A DNA stretch of 64,000 nt from Psammoneis japonica (taxonomy: Eukaryota), in the NCBI GenBank assembly GCA_008632985.1, contig QPGO01000040.1, positions 191,719 to 255,718 of the forward strand. Reading direction: 5' to 3'. The position numbers and the translations under genes are program-made. The notes below the pieces were generated by a model. It was not told where the DNA came from and did not search any database. It worked only from the letters and a program-made list of their open reading frames with translations. Shown here in pieces: positions 62,496 to 64,000 of this stretch. How positions within the stretch are numbered: position 1 is the stretch's first letter; every line of letters starts with the position of its first letter.

Positions 62496-64000
62496 ATGCA
62501 TCATCAATCCCGCATCCTCATCATTGGTTGTAGCGGTTTGGGTGCTGAAGTGGCCCACATTTGTAGGAAAATGGGTTGTAAGCATGTTGCGCTGGTGGAT
62601 CCATCCAGAACAACAACAACAAGTTCTTATGATCTGGGAGAATCATCCTATTGTTGTGCCAGCGCTGTGCTGAAAAAAGAAGAAGAAAAAGAAAAGCTGA
62701 TGATGAGTCATCCAGAGCAGGCCGCGATGACGACCGTACGAGAAGAGAGGGTCAATGACGATTTATGGACGGCGGACGTGTTGCTTCCCTTGATAATGGA
62801 CGAAGCTCCCTCATCACCCATCACGTGTGTCGTCGTGACAATTCCACTGAATGATGGTGTCATTTCCATCATCAATCAAAACTGTCGCAAGAGGAATGTG
62901 AAGTTCATTTATGCTCTGGTCTGTGGTCTATTTGGACGGATCTTTTGTGATTTTGGTCCACAACACGTGGCGGACTTGAACCGTCCGAATCCTACCCAGA
63001 TGCGAGTGGAGAGCATACGTGATGGTGGCGAGTTTCGAGTTCTTAGTCGAGGAGGCGGCTACTGTGGTGGTCATCATCGACTGGAGACAGGAAGTACCAT
63101 TGTGTTTTCGAGGATTCCAGATATCTTGTTACCGTGGATGAATGAGAATACCCCCTACGAGGTTCAAGTGACTTCCCCGTATACGTTTGAGTTGCGCGGG
63201 GTCGACTTCAAGCTGGAGCCGTCGGAAGAACACGACATGGCAATCACCATTCGACGAAGTTACATGACATGTACCGAGTGGAAACGTCCTGTTATTGTGA
63301 GCTTTGATACATACAAGGAGGCTTTGGAAAAGGAGAGCGATGATCGAGTGCTACACGTGGCCTTTCAAGCGCTGGAGAACTATCGTCGCAACCATCACGG
63401 CGAGTATCCGACTCCGGGAAATAGGCACCAGGCAATGGAAGTTTATGAGAGTGCTAGAGAAATATGCAGTACTGCTGCCGCCACTATATCGGAGTCAAAG
63501 GACGCCAGGGATCTTGTACTGCAGTTGGCATCGGGCAGCCGCGCTGTCTTGGCTCCCATGTGTTCTGTCCTCGGCGGTATCGTTGGACACGAAGTCATCA
63601 AGGCTTGCACGAACAAGTGTATGCCAATACAGGGTTTTTACTTTGTTGATGCCAGTGATTGTCTACCAGGTAACTTGTTTCCCGAAACGGAGTCGGCACC
63701 CCAACACTCGCGATACAATTCGCAGATTGTAGTCTTTGGGAAAGCATTTCAGCAGAAACTGATGGATTTAAGTTTGCTTCTCGTTGGTGCTGGTAGGCTT
63801 GGTTGTGGTGTACTCGAGAACTGGGCGGCCATGGGAGTTGGGTGTGGCAGCAAGGGCCATGTGTACGTTTTCGATACGGATCGCATCAAGGAGACCAATT
63901 TGGTTGAATCTTGCCTTTTTCGACAAGAAGATATCGGTGAACGAAAGAGTTCCGTGGCGGTCAAGGCAGCGCAGTCCATGAACCCCCACCTCAATGCCAC
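62496..64000 (+). CDS. Divergent ubiquitin-activating enzyme E1 (UBA1/UBA6-like), partial
   Basis: ORF open to the window end: RILIIGCSGLGAEVA, GLFGRIFCDFG, LAPMCSVLGGIVGHEVIKACTNKCMPI and RYNSQIVVFGKAFQQKL...LLVGAGRLGC. Confidence 0.85.
   Translation, partial: MHHQSRILIIGCSGLGAEVAHICRKMGCKHVALVDPSRTTTTSSYDLGESSYCCASAVLKKEEEKEKLMMSHPEQAAMTTVREERVNDDLWTADVLLPLIMDEAPSSPITCVVVTIPLNDGVISIINQNCRKRNVKFIYALVCGLFGRIFCDFGPQHVADLNRPNPTQMRVESIRDGGEFRVLSRGGGYCGGHHRLETGSTIVFSRIPDILLPWMNENTPYEVQVTSPYTFELRGVDFKLEPSEEHDMAITIRRSYMTCTEWKRPVIVSFDTYKEALEKESDDRVLHVAFQALENYRRNHHGEYPTPGNRHQAMEVYESAREICSTAAATISESKDARDLVLQLASGSRAVLAPMCSVLGGIVGHEVIKACTNKCMPIQGFYFVDASDCLPGNLFPETESAPQHSRYNSQIVVFGKAFQQKLMDLSLLLVGAGRLGCGVLENWAAMGVGCGSKGHVYVFDTDRIKETNLVESCLFRQEDIGERKSSVAVKAAQSMNPHLNA

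Overview
Eukaryotic, intron-containing DNA that looks like a diatom or related stramenopile (inferred from gene content and a diatom-type copia element). It holds about 14 host genes: two tandem M11-type metalloproteases, a HAD 5'-nucleotidase, a trypsin-like protease, an HTTM protein, two tandem metallophosphoesterase-LamG proteins, TFIIH p44, a large repeat surface protein, a beta-propeller-like surface protein, an F-box-like kinase, a GLTP-domain protein, metaxin and a divergent UBA1-like E1. The main signal is three sharply bounded domains (~9.5-18.7, ~22.5-28.3, ~57.0-62.1 kb; about a third of the window) in which TpA is almost absent and TG/CA is in excess. Conserved motifs show the direction: Tyr codons became Cys or His on both strands (RT YVDD->CVDD, ALYG->ALHG). 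This points to targeted TpA-specific A:T->G:C hypermutation of silenced DNA, the opposite polarity to fungal RIP, on top of slower CpG decay. The copia copy is a fragment truncated at both ends and flanked by a perfect 18-bp direct repeat. All dinucleotide counts are by eye, and several host genes carry probable assembly indels.
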